Assembly (NCBI RefSeq): GCF_001194135.2
Contig: NC_069003.1
Location: forward strand, 602,435 to 662,292
DNA: 59,858 bases
Direction of reading: 5' to 3'
Origin: Octopus bimaculoides
Taxonomy: Eukaryota
The notes under the pieces are model-generated. The model worked only from the letters and a program-made list of their open reading frames with translations, was not told the origin of the DNA and made no database searches. Positions 1 through 12,736 of the stretch are shown here, in pieces. The translations under genes and the position numbers were made by a program. Position 1 is the stretch's first letter. Every line of letters begins with the position of its first letter.

Positions 1-35
<35 letters not shown>

Positions 36-84
36 GTATATATATATGTATATATATATGTATATATATATGTATATATATATG

Positions 85-116
<32 letters not shown>

Positions 117-120
117 TATG
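1..120. repeat. Imperfect (TA)n/(TATATATATATG)n microsatellite
   Basis: Direct reading of the sequence. Confidence 0.95.
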
Positions 121-412
121 CGTATAGAGAAGAACTGAGGTCGCTAAAATGTGGCAGCTACGAGGGTCGAACATAAAGGTCGTCCGTATTGTCATCGGAG
201 CATTGGGTTCAATACCACCCGACCCGAGGAAACATCTAGACGTTTTAGAAATACCTTACAATGTAGGTGTATTGCAAACATCGGCGTTACTCGGAACTGC
301 ACGCATATTGCGTAAAGTATTGTTTGTCTGAGGTTCTCGTGATTTGAGAAACAGTCTAAAACAATATCTTCAATCAAGAACATCACGATATTGGACACTG
401 TGTGACAACTCA

Positions 413-454
<42 letters not shown>
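121..454 (+). mobile_element. 5'-truncated R4/Dong-like non-LTR retrotransposon: RLE C-terminus, 3' UTR and (AAT)14 tail
   Basis: ORF 149-331 gives VVRIVIGALGSIP...LQTSALLGTARILRKVL, the terminal motif of R4/Dong RLE ORFs. About 80 nt of UTR follow, then (AAT)n at 412-454. Confidence 0.85.
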
Positions 455-455
<1 letters not shown>

Positions 456-621
456 GATTTGCCTCCTTGGTACGACGAGAATAACCAGGAAAGCATTAGA
501 TAGACGAAAAGAACGAATAACGTGGTACCACAGGCTGCAGGTAGTAAGTCCGCTACGTATGCAAGACTCCAGGAGCTCCAACAAAACCTGTGATAAGGAG
601 AAATTGATAATAGTAACAATG

Positions 622-790
622 ATCCTTTCTGTTATAGGCACAAGACCTAAGATTTTGTGGGAAGAGACTCGTTGATTACATCGACCCCAGTGCGTAACTG
701 GTACTTAATTTAACGACCCCGAAAGGATGAAAGGCAAAGTCAACCTCGGCGAAATTTGAACTCGAAGCGTAAAGACGAACGAAATGCTCC
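622..790 (-). mobile_element. SINE family B (tail type B1), 5'-truncated
   Basis: Reverse complement contains the B box GAGTTCAAATTTC and the central block GGTTGACTTTGCCTTTCATCCTTTCGGGGTCG...AAGTACCAG shared with many copies in the window. Confidence 0.85.
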
Positions 791-2062
791 TAACAACAAC
801 GATAACAATATCGCTGTGTAATGTTTGCTGCAATATACTTTCTAGAGAAAGACAGCATGTGTTAGAGGAGTCCGCAGACATGAATAAGAGTGAGGAAAAC
901 TAAGTAAATGTAAATGGAAAGAATTGAGGAAGAGGGAAAGCTTCATGAAACTGGGTTTTTCTTGCGTTCAATAATAAAAGGAATACAAAAGTGTTAATCA
1001 TTAGAAAGAAAAAGGATGTATTCATAAGAGAAGAGTGTAAATGCGAAAAATAAATAGAAGAGTTGATGATAAAGTTACTATGGAGAAAGGTAGACTGAGA
1101 GAGAACGAAGAAGAGATTGATTTATTTCTAATAATGGACGGTAAAGGGAAGAATAAAGAGTGAGGCAGACAGAAATGATCAAATGATTTCTCTGAAGCAT
1201 CAATATATATTGATAGCGAAAGAAAATCAATTGATCGTATCTGAAATAAAATACATCTATAAAGTAAGTATAAAAGGTAAGTTGAAAGGATGTAGAGTCT
1301 TCTGTACAATAAATCAAGTTGATTTTCCATTATGCGAAAAGTAGGATCATATTTCTGGTGGATGTATTCTTTCTGCTACAAAATGTATTTGAAGAATACT
1401 TAGCTATGACTTGGGAAAGAAAGAAAGAAGGAAAACATATTGGAGTTTACGGAATGTAGAAGAAAGTTAAGATGAAGAAGAAGAACGCGCAAAGAAAGGA
1501 CTGGTAAAGAAGAGTGAGACATCTATATTAACAAAGAAGGTTAAACAGTTGATCGGTGTTACAGTAAATAACGAAATAGAAGGCTATAAAATAACGGACA
1601 GCAGCGCTGTGTACAAGTTGCAACAAAACAATATTGATAGTGAAAAGACGAAAGTAGCCAAGAGTGTTCGTTAACAGTTTTCAGTCTTCTATAGAATATA
1701 TTTGGAAAGCTCTCAGGACTTGGAGAGTTTTTGACACTTAATGAGTTACGGGTTACACTCTTATTAGTCATTGGGTGCTTACAAAACTTCGAGAAATTTT
1801 CAATATATCAAAGAATTTCAAAGAATTTACACCCGTAAAATTGCGATGCAATCAGCTCGTAGATAAACTTCGGTATCTTAGAATAAGCTTATTCTGGCGA
1901 CAACTTATTCTGGAGAAACTTTTCGAAATTTACCAATTCTTTGAATTCAGAAAGTTGACGGGAGTTATGAAAATGAAGAACTTTTCAATGAAAAAAAAAA
2001 CCAAACAAAAAACCCCAGAAAAACAAAAGAATAGTCAGTACCGAAATCTTTTCAAATATGCC

Positions 2063-2202
2063 CTTTCCTTCTCTAGGTAGAAGGCTCGAGATTTTTGGGG
2101 AGGGGCCTAGTCGATTAGATCGACCCCAGTACGCAACTGGTATTTAATTTATCGACCCCAGTACACAACTGGTACTTATCGATCCCGATAAGTACCAGTT
2201 GT
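2063..2202 (-). mobile_element. SINE family B 3' half with internal duplication and fold-back
   Basis: gtcgattagatcgaccccagtacgcaactggta block repeated once, followed by an inverted copy (2165-2181 / 2186-2202). Confidence 0.8.
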
Positions 2203-2227
2203 ATGTATACTTATATGTATGTTATCA

Positions 2228-2288
<61 letters not shown>

Positions 2289-3164
2289 CATGTAGATATC
2301 TGTCGATACTTGCGTACACATACACATATAGCGTACGTAATTACACACACATAAACATATATAGATAATATATATTCATACGCATTAACACACATATACA
2401 GGCCTATATATACGGTGCTGTATGCGTAAATATATTTTATATATACGCACATACGCACGTGAATATGTGCATGCGTATATACTCATAAAATCCTATATAT
2501 TCATACTTATATACATGCATGAATGCACATATATACACACACCGAAACGCAAATTATACCTGTATGTTTACACTCACACACACACACACATATTTATGGA
2601 TATATGCGAGTATAGTCTGTCCCCACAATGTATGGGAATGTGTCTATGTGTACGTACCACTGCACTTATATATACCCACCGATTCTTTCACCGATGCACG
2701 CAAAATTATAATAAGTAAATTTCTAAGAAACTATATTTGAATTCGACATTCTTCCAGTTGAAGTCTTGAACAGAACGTTTTCAAAAAATAAACACAACAA
2801 ATCCGTCTCCTTCTTCCATAAACCAATTCCATCCAAGTTATTTCTATGCAAGAATTACACAATTTTCGTTTTGCCAGGCAATTTAGGAATTGTCATATGA
2901 AAAGAAGGAAAAATCTTCTGTGAAACCCAATTTCTTTATAAATCGATCACAAAACAACTGAAAATAGAATTTCTCTCTCATATTCCTCACTTCTCTCTTT
3001 CTCCACCTCTCTCCCCTTCTCTCCTTCTTCTAATCACTCCCTGCTTCATTTGCTCCCCCCCACGCTTTATTATTAACATTCAATTTTCTCTTCCTCTCAT
3101 ATTTTATCAATGTAGTTTGAAAGTCTTTCCAAAGTATGCATTAACAATGTAGAGTTATATACAT

Positions 3165-3217
<53 letters not shown>

Positions 3218-4109
3218 CATATACACGGGTTCATTCACGCATACACACAGATATACATACATATGCACATATATACATACATGCATATTTATATATCTTT
3301 CTATGTGTAGAGTTGTATATATAAATATATGCATCGATGTGTGAGAGTGAATGCACGCGTGTGTATATAAGTTTTGTGTGCGCATATGTGTATATTTTGT
3401 CTGTATATGTGTTTATATGTCTGTACGAACGTGTGTGTGCTAGTGTGTGTTTGTGTGTTGTATGTAAAATCAATCGCTTCAAGCATGAAGTTATTTTGGC
3501 TCCAAATTGACTTGGAATTCGAGAATTCATTCCTGGTATCATATTGTAAGTGTGTGTGTGTATTCATACATACGTACATACATTCATACATACACACGAA
3601 TACATGCACACCCTAATGTACTTATACACGCAGGAATGCATGTATGTCGTTATGTATCTATACACNNNNNNNNNNNNNNNNNNNNNNNNNNNNNNNNNNN
3701 NNNNNNNNNNNNNNNNNNNNNNNNNNNNNNNNNNNNNNNNNNNNNNNNNNNNNNNNNNNNNNNNNNNNNNNNNNNNNNNNNNNNNNNNNNNNNNNNNNNN
3801 NNNNNNNNNNNNNNNNNNNNNNNNNNNNNNNNNNNNNNNNNNNNNNNNNNNNNNNNNNNNNNTATATATATATATATATATGAATTCACACACACACATA
3901 CGCTTTGATAGCATTCCTTACACACACACACTTATAAACTAGATAATCTGTATCTACTTTGGTTTCGCTCGATCATTGCACCAGAGACCCTCCCCTCCTC
4001 ACCTCCTTCAATGCGACAGGTAAGTTCGATGTATCAACGCACGTGTACAGCCGACATACGAGATAACGTCTGCCGTTATTGCAGTAATCTATCCGAGAAC
4101 CATTTATCC

Positions 4110-4156
4110 TTTATACGCCTTGAAGACGCTGGATTAGCGTCTTGAAGACGTATAAA
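4110..4156. repeat. 21-bp-arm inverted repeat, 5-nt loop, 2 mismatches
   Basis: tttatacgccttgaagacgct-ggatt-agcgtcttgaagacgtataaa. Confidence 0.9.
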
Positions 4157-4644
4157 GATGGAATCTTTTCACAAGGTATTCTTTCAGTTGTTTGATTATT
4201 GGAAGTACCTAATTGTTGTATAATTACACTCTCCCTCACCGACCATGTACTTTTAACGTAAATCTCAAACTAATTTACTGTCATGTTTTGCAAGTAACAA
4301 GATTGCCTCGCTGTATTACAGTTAATATCCTTCATGTATAAAAAGGGATTAAATATTGCTACATCACGTGCCCTTGGCCTAATCTATCCATGGTCGCCAT
4401 GACGATTTCGCGTTAGTGGTTGCTCTGTAGACCCATGCACAGGTAACTTAATTCACAGGTAAAACATCATTGTAACAACGCTGTTTGTCTCTTTCAAATA
4501 CAGTTGAACTTGTATTCGAGTGGGAAGTGGTTGAGTATACCTCAAACACAAACCCTTACGGTGACATCAAGGCAAAACCAAACTGATACAATGTGCTTCT
4601 GCTAAAGACATTTTCATATTTTCTTTTCAAACAAATTTGGAATG

Positions 4645-4680
<36 letters not shown>

Positions 4681-5815
4681 TATAAAAATAAATGGTTGAG
4701 CTGCAAAAATTGAAAGCATTCCAAATATAGGCGCAGGAGTGACTGTGTTCATGGACTCAAAAAGAATACGAAACCTTTCGGCAATACATAACGTGCTTCT
4801 TTTTCATCCATTTAGATATGTCGTGGATCGTTACTTAATTGAGTATAATGCGCTGCTGGTCTTCAGATCCCATCTATGATAATTTTGTGTCCTTTTTTCA
4901 TATATATCGGCGGGAAATAGACTGGTGGTTTGCATGTCTGTGTTTAAAATTACATTCGCGTTAACCAACGTAAGTTTTCTTTGGAGTCCTCCTGTGGTTT
5001 CGGTTTCATAATCCCGTGACTTTATCGAGTTCAAACTTTTGTTTGAAGGCATACGCACTGCTTTGTGTATTTGCCTCAATAAACATGTATAGAAAATTGT
5101 TTCTTTTCCTGTTTAGTGGAAATGAGTCGCATTATATTGAGTGTAACCTGTTTCTGTTCTTGTCTGCTGCTGTCTTTCTCCGCCTCTTCGAAATGTTCTT
5201 GCTTTTTGTCAAGTGAGAAAAGGTCGAAAACCAGTGATTCTGACAAAAGAAAAAAAATTTGCTGCGTTTTCACTTTTGTTGCTCTTCTGTCATCGCCGCC
5301 GTCGTCGTCGTCATCGATTCTTAGTGGGTTACTAGTTTGTTTTGTTACAAATGCATACAATTTATTGCTATAGTCGAAATGTAGGTGGTATTGTATGCTT
5401 CGTTGCTGGTAAGTCTTTGACATGTCATTTTTCTTGATGTTGTTGTTATTGTTGCTATTGCTGCTAAAATTTGCATCATTACTACGTCTGTTGTATTGTG
5501 TGGTAGGAGGTGATCAAGAAAGAAACTTTCACCTTCGAAACCTCCTCCTCCTCCTCCTGTCTTGTTTTGCTCGGTTGTTGGCAAAGACGAAACCATTTTG
5601 AAAATTTCTTAATTTTTTGTTTCTTTCTTGTAAAGTTTTGCACTGTGGAGCAAGTAACGAAACGGAGTCAGCAGTTCCTTATGGTTCCTAACGAACTAAC
5701 AAAGAAGGTAGAAGAGTAACATTTCCTAAAAAAGGAAACAAGAAACGAATTTACGGAGTTTTCAGAACACCTCCCCCACCTCAAAGATAAATATCCACCA
5801 CCACCAATAATAATA

Positions 5816-6027
5816 ATCTTTTCTTCTATTATAGATATAAGGCTTTAGACTTTGGAGGAGGAGGCTAGTCGATTACATGGACCCCGATATGCAGCTGGTA
5901 CTTATTTTATCGATTCAGAAAAGGATGAAAGACGAGGTTGATTTTGGTGGAATTTGAACTAAGAGCATAAAGCTGGAAGAAACGCCGCTATTTGTCGATG
6001 CGATGACGATTTTGCCAGCTTCCTGCT
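5816..6027 (-). mobile_element. SINE family B1, near full length, diverged
   Basis: Head ...GGAAGCTGGCAAAATCGT, central block and B1 tail all recognisable; AAT repeats on both sides. Confidence 0.8.
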
Positions 6028-6052
6028 ATAATAATAATAATAATAATAATAA

Positions 6053-6270
6053 TCATCTTTTCTACTCTAGGCACAAGGACTGAGATTTTGGGGGAGGGGG
6101 TCCAGTCGATTAGATCGACCCAGTACGCAACTGGTACTTAATTTATCGACCACGAAAGGATGAATGGCAAAATCGACCTCGGCGGAATTTGAACTCAGAA
6201 CGCAAAGACAGACGAAATACCGCCAAACATTTTGCCCGGCGTGCTAACGTTTCTGCCAGCTCGACGCCTT
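6053..6270 (-). mobile_element. SINE family B1, full length
   Basis: RC starts AAGGCGTCGAGCTGGCAGAAACGTTAGCACGCCGGGC (A-box-like), has B box GAGTTCAAATTCC, the central block, and tail CCTTGTGCCTAGAGTAGAAAAGATGATT(ATT)n. Confidence 0.9.
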
Positions 6271-6309
6271 AATAATAATAACAATAATAATAATAATAAT
6301 AATAATAAA

Positions 6310-6790
6310 TGAATAATTATGAACAGTACAAAAAACAAAGCAGAAAACACTTGTGCATGACCTGGATAAACTTTAAAAAGGCTTACAAAATAACATGTCG
6401 CATTCGTGGATTATGGAAACACTCGACATGTGTGGAATAGCTGAGAACCTTTGTGGACTGAAAAAAATGAAGATGAGAGGTATAGAAAAAATAGGCAAAT
6501 ACCAAGACCTAGCCATTGAATTACAGAGACTGTGGAAAGTGCGGGTAAAATGGATCCCAGTAGTTATAGGTGCATTGGGACTTATCCCTAAAGATATGAA
6601 CAGATGGATAGAGGAAACAGGCATAAAACCCAGTTTAGTACGGCTGCAGAAAACAGTGTTATTAGGGACAATTAGGATACTTAGGAGGGTTCTTGGCATC
6701 AAAGGTTTTTATTGTAGCCCGATGTTTGTTGTTTTTTCTTTTGCAACAGTCTAATCTGTTGAGTGTCTTTGAAAATAATAATAATAATAA
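6310..6790 (+). mobile_element. Internally deleted R4/Dong-like element: RT segment fused to RLE C-terminus
   Basis: RKHLCMTWINFKKAY / SHSWIMETLDMCGIAEN (RT region of type AWIDYKKAYDSVPHSWI) runs directly into EKIGKYQDLAIELQRLWKV...IPVVIGALG...LQKTVLLGTIRILRRVL. (AAT)n at 6271-6309 and 6774-6790. Confidence 0.85.
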
Positions 6791-7485
6791 AGAAGGTTCA
6801 AGTACAGAAATTTGTTATAGGGTTTAGTCATAAATGAATCTCCATATTTGACTTTATCCCTTTTTGTGAGTCTTTGGGGGGGGGGGGGGGAAAAAAAANN
6901 NNNNNNNNGGGTTCAAAGGTTCGATCCACAGGTTGTAAAGCGTATGAAAGCAAGTCATATATGTTAGGAAGGATAAAAATATTTTTGATGTAATTGTGGT
7001 CTGTTTTGGATTTTGAATGGAAACAAAACTGAAGATAAAAGAAAATTTAAAAAAAGGTAGATAAAAATAAATGTGAAAGAAAGTAAAGGTAAATTCTGTT
7101 GGTTTGTTTGACATTCGAGGATTTAATCTAAAACGTTTCCATTGGAATAGGTCGCAGGTCGAGTTAACTTAGTGAGAAATATTTTATCTCTTTCTCTTTT
7201 CTTTGTCTTTCCCTCTTTCACGAAAATATGTATTGAGCACTTCAGTGGTGTACATAATAAACAAAAAAACAGCGATTAAAGACGTTTACAACATCACCGA
7301 CTAAGATTATGCTACAAACTCACACACACACACACATACATGTGTCTATATGAAGAGAGATTAATTGAGAGAGAGAGAGAGAGAAAGAGAGGCAGAGTGT
7401 GTATGAGGGTGTAAAGGTGGTTTTGTGTGTGTGTGAATGTAAATGAAAGTGAGTTTGTGACATTTAGTGGCAGATGAAATTCTCA

Positions 7486-7528
<43 letters not shown>

Positions 7529-7543
7529 ACATATATATGTATA

Positions 7544-8033
7544 CAGTAATCCCGCAACTATCGCGAATGTTACGTTCCAAAATCTCCCGCGACAGGTAAA
7601 AATCTGCAAAGTAGAAACAGTACTGTACCGAATATATACATTTAAACATTTTTATAATTTTTATATATTTATTTTATTATAAATGCAAGACAACACCGCA
7701 CACTCGCCTCCTGAGCTCCGTTTTCCCTACAGTATGTACGAATCTTTCTTTACTCATTTGCGGTACATTACGTATTTTCTTTTAATATATTTTAATTAAT
7801 GTGTTATACAGTGCAGTACTGTACTGTATTACTTATTATTAATTTATTAATTTTTAGGCGTGAAAATGATTATTTTACCACAGAAATAATTAAAATCTAG
7901 AAAAATATGAATACCGACACACCGCAGAAACCCGCGATGTGCTGAGAAGTCTGCGATATAGATTTACATGTATTAAGCCAGAAAATTCTACGATGTACTG
8001 AGTGCACGACAAGTGAACCGCGATATACCATTG
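7544..8033. mobile_element. pogo/Tigger-like MITE flanked by TA
   Basis: Left end TA|CAGTAATCCCGCAACTATCGCG; right end GTGAACCGCGATATACCATTG|TA (partly deleted TIR); AT-rich non-coding interior. Confidence 0.65.
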
Positions 8034-8559
8034 TATCATGGTCTTGAGTTCCATGCACAAAGGGAAAATATGGGAAAATCAGGGAAGTTTATGATCAATA
8101 GCATTCGATCTTTGATCAAGGTTGACTTACGGTTAAACCAGAGTGATGACGACAGCCAAATTGTTGTGTTTCACTCAGTAAGGTTTATAAAATCTGTGAA
8201 TCAAAAACATTGCTTGAGCCTACCACATGTATCATGTCTGTCTCTTGTATTCGGAGGCTAGGCAAATGTTCCAGTATTTGGTTTTAAATGTTGTGAGCTG
8301 CGTCCATGTCTTGCTATGTGTGCCGTGATGTGGTGAGGTGTATCTTTATGAAAGAAAAAGAGTAAATCGTACACAAACAACACACTCAAACACATACCTA
8401 CTCCAATAAACGATGCATTGACACATAGAAAACGTGTATACATGCATGCCTACAGTGACGGACAGACAAACCATTTCCTCTCAAAATACATAAAAACACA
8501 TCCAGATATGAATATAAACCTAAGTAAATATGTATAATATATACATCAATGCATGTACG

Positions 8560-8598
8560 TATGCATACACACATATATATACATATCTATGTATATAT

Positions 8599-8647
<49 letters not shown>

Positions 8648-8759
8648 CCTATCTATATGTATATATATATACATATATACATATACATATCTATATGTAT
8701 ACATATATACATATACATATCTATATATATATATATATATACATATATACATATACATA

Positions 8760-8805
<46 letters not shown>

Positions 8806-8821
8806 TGCATATAGATATATG

Positions 8822-8866
<45 letters not shown>

Positions 8867-8870
8867 GTGT
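8560..8870. repeat. Compound microsatellite: (CT)n, (AT)n, three ACATATATACATATACATATCT units, (TCTA)n
   Basis: Unit copies at 8671-8692, 8701-8722 and 8741-8762, separated by variable (AT)n. Confidence 0.9.
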
Positions 8871-9611
8871 GTATGTATGTGTGCGTGTGTATCTATGTAT
8901 GCATGTATATAACAGCAGAAACCCACGTTTTTAATGATTGTTAATAGAAAAAGGCCCGAGGAAAGTGAATCTTAAAAAGCGGCAGACATCATCAACACAA
9001 TGGAATTGATGTAAACACATTTAAAAGTAAAGTCAAGACAGGATATTATTTCCGATGACACCAAAATAACTCAGATATTTTCAGGATATAAAAATAAACA
9101 AACAATATTTCTACAAATATATATAAAAGTAAAGAAATAAATGGAACGACCACAAACAAGTGAGCAAACACAAGAGGAATATGTTCTGGGGTTATATATC
9201 GACTCCATAATGTTTGTACAGTATTTGGGTGGATGAGAGGAAAATCTTTCAACGAATGGTGTTGTAATCTAATCGATAATGGAGGAATTGCTTTACGAAA
9301 ATGTTATTTTATTTAGCACATTCATGTTACATAATGCTACTTTTGGTAACGAAATGACATACCTGAGACGATTAATTATATGTCTCACCTGACTATCTAG
9401 ATGCACACGGAAACATATATACACACTCATGCACAGACACGCACTCACACAAATATGCAAGCACAAATTTGTGTCTCCACAAACATACATATACGCTTAT
9501 TTCTGTGTATACACGCAAATATATGTATATATACATACACACAGAACTAAATATATTTAGTCATATATATATATATATATATATATTGAGTCATATCTAT
9601 TTATATATATG

Positions 9612-9673
<62 letters not shown>

Positions 9674-10181
9674 TGCACATAAAAACATGCAAACATATAC
9701 ATATGTATACATACATATACATACATATATGTACACACGCACACATATTGAGGTAACATATTTGTCAGTAAATAATTTTCCCCAGGAAGTTACCAGACCA
9801 TTCCAGGGCCGTACACATGAAACACGTATAAGACACACACACACACACACACACACACACCTCGAATGCATTCACACCTATATTTGATTCAATATTATTG
9901 ACTGGCCATAAATTGCCAGAAAACAGCGTGTATTCAATTGTGTGGAAACATTATAATATATAAGCCTGAATATGTAAATGTTAATGTTTAAGTGCTATGT
10001 GTATGTGTGTGCGTGTATATGTGTAAAATATACATATATAAACATGCATGCATATATGAAAATATTACAAATGTGTGTGTAGATATCTAATTTGTACACA
10101 TAAATTCGTATATGCATTATATATATATATATATATATATATATCTATATATATATATATATATGTATATATGTGTGTGTG

Positions 10182-10213
<32 letters not shown>

Positions 10214-10750
10214 NNNNNNNNNNNNNNNNNNNNNNNNNNNNNNNNNNNNNNNNNNNNNNNNNNNNNNNNNNNNNNNNNNNNNNNNNNNNNNNNNNNNNNN
10301 NNNNNNNNNNNNNNNNNNNNNNNNNNNNNNNNNNNNNNNNNNNNNNNNNNNNNNNNNNNNNNNNNNNNNNNNNNNNNNNNNNNNNNNNNNNNNNNNNNNN
10401 NNNNNNNNNNNNNNNNNNNNNNNNNNNNNNNNNNNNNNNNNNNNNNNNNNNNNNNNNNNNNNNNNNNNNNNNNNNNNNNNNNNNNNNNNNNNNNNNNNNN
10501 NNNNNNNNNNNNNNNNNNNNNNNNNNNNNNNNNNNNNNNNNNNNNNNNNNNNNNNNNNNNNNNNNNNNNNNNNNNNNNNNNNNNNNNNNNNNNNNNNNNN
10601 NNNNNNNNNNNNNNNNNNNNNNNNNNNNNNNNNNNNNNNNNNNNNNNNNNNNNNNNNNNNNNNNNNNNNNNNNNTGTTGCCTAGAGATTACTACACATAT
10701 GCTAACCTACACACTTGTAAGAATATAAATGTTATATGCATACAGGCACA

Positions 10751-10807
<57 letters not shown>

Positions 10808-11004
10808 ACATACACATGTACACACACTCATCCTCCTCACCCTCATACACATATATTTGAATATATATGAATGTGGCTGCGTTAGCATGTACGAGGACCT
10901 GTGTGCTTACAACTGCGTTTGACTTGGGATGTTTCTTGTACAGATGGATAGTGATTCCATCACATACGCATGATTTCATAGAACTCGTTGACTGTACACA
11001 CACA

Positions 11005-11056
<52 letters not shown>

Positions 11057-11197
11057 TACATGTATACACCGGTACGTGTGTGCATACACGTGCACACTCC
11101 CGTATGGAAATGTATTGCTATACATTCGCATATATAAATATTTTCTGAAAAAATATATGCAAAAGTACGCAATTATACACACAGTTATAAATACTCC

Positions 11198-11246
<49 letters not shown>

Positions 11247-11256
11247 NNNNNNNNNN

Positions 11257-11295
<39 letters not shown>

Positions 11296-12104
11296 CATAT
11301 CTTCGATATACACATTTATATACATATGTACATACACACACACACACACACACACATACATATATACACACAGACATAAATATATGCATTAAACTTATAA
11401 TATACACATATATGTGTGTGTATATGCTTGTGTGTGTATTTGTATATACACATTCATCTACGTGTATTTATATAAAAACACAAATATATGTGTACACACA
11501 GAAAGCACCACATCCTTACACTAATGCTGGGGGACATATCCTGATATAAAAAAGTTATCATGAATGCACACACTAATGAGGTTCGTTTTACAAGTACCCA
11601 ATCATAGTCTTTCATACAGAGCAGTGGTATATCTACTGGCACACCATTAGGACTCAACTGTCTCGACTTTTCTATGTGAAAACTACATCGTCAAGGAGAA
11701 AGTAACATTGAAACTTTCAGAAACTCTCCATCCTTTCCTTCTTTCCCATTTCCGTATCTGCCGATGTATTTATTATGTATGAAATAGCTTCTGTCTACCT
11801 CTGAACCAATGCGCTTATGTATCTGTGTGATTCTCTCTTTCTACTATTTAGTCAATCAATCGCTAAATATATATATGCATATATATATATATGCATATAT
11901 ATATATATATATGTGTGTGTGCATATATATATATGCATATATATATATGCATACGTACGTGCATACATGTCACCCATGCATGAATTTATTCATGTGTATG
12001 TATGTATGTCTGTCTGTCTGTCTTTCTATCTATCTATCTCTTCACATATCTACCTGCCCATCTGTCTCTGATTATATTCTATCGTTTTAGCTTTCTACAT
12101 CAAC

Positions 12105-12250
12105 AACAATAACAAGATGACAACAACACGAAAAGCAACAGTACCCTTACAACCACCATCACTACAACAACTAGCACCACTACTATTCTACTACTACTAC
12201 TATTCTACTACTACTACTATTCTACTACTACTACTACTAGCAACAGCAAA
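12105..12250. repeat. Mixed (CAA)/(CTA) triplet tract
   Basis: Direct reading of the sequence. Confidence 0.85.
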
Positions 12251-12702
12251 ATTGTTTCTGCAGATATTGACTCTTGACAATTGTTTCTCTACACCAACCA
12301 TTCTCCAGAAACATTCTCTGATTGATTCTTACGTCACTCTTGACTCTGGCGTCACATGTTTCGCTGAAGAGGTTAAAGAAATCCGATATAAACTGGAACT
12401 TTTGCATCTATTAGTTGCAGAAAGTAAACATATTTGTGTCATTTATATAATAAATATTTGTAGCTTCGTGTTAACACTTGGAGGGTCCCAGAATTAAGCA
12501 GTAACACAATTTCGCGTATCCATCTTAAGACATACCAAGTTATATGCCTCGCCCCAATTATTCCTAATTAGTTCTTTAATACCACGAATATAAAAAAAAA
12601 ACGTTTTGCTCAATCAGTCAGTCAAGGAATCAGTGAATCAAGTTCATTCCTTCCTTTCCTCTCCTCCTCTGCCCATCTGTGTCTCTCGCGCTCTCTCCAT
12701 GC

Positions 12703-12736
<34 letters not shown>

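Noticed and set aside
1880-1895. Perfect 16-bp palindrome AGAATAAGCTTATTCT
   Set aside because: Isolated, AT-rich and without context; compatible with chance or a tiny local inversion.
4011-4025. Perfect splice donor CAG|GTAAGT
   Set aside because: No matching acceptor or coding frame upstream; such 9-mers occur by chance in 60 kb on two strands.
8671-8762. Repeat-spacer-like periodicity (CRISPR-like)
   Set aside because: Spacers are pure (AT)n, the context is eukaryotic, and there are no cas genes; it is a compound microsatellite.
12355-12400. CTGAAGA-GG...CC-GATA hammerhead-like string
   Set aside because: GATA instead of GAAA, and no stem I or helix III.
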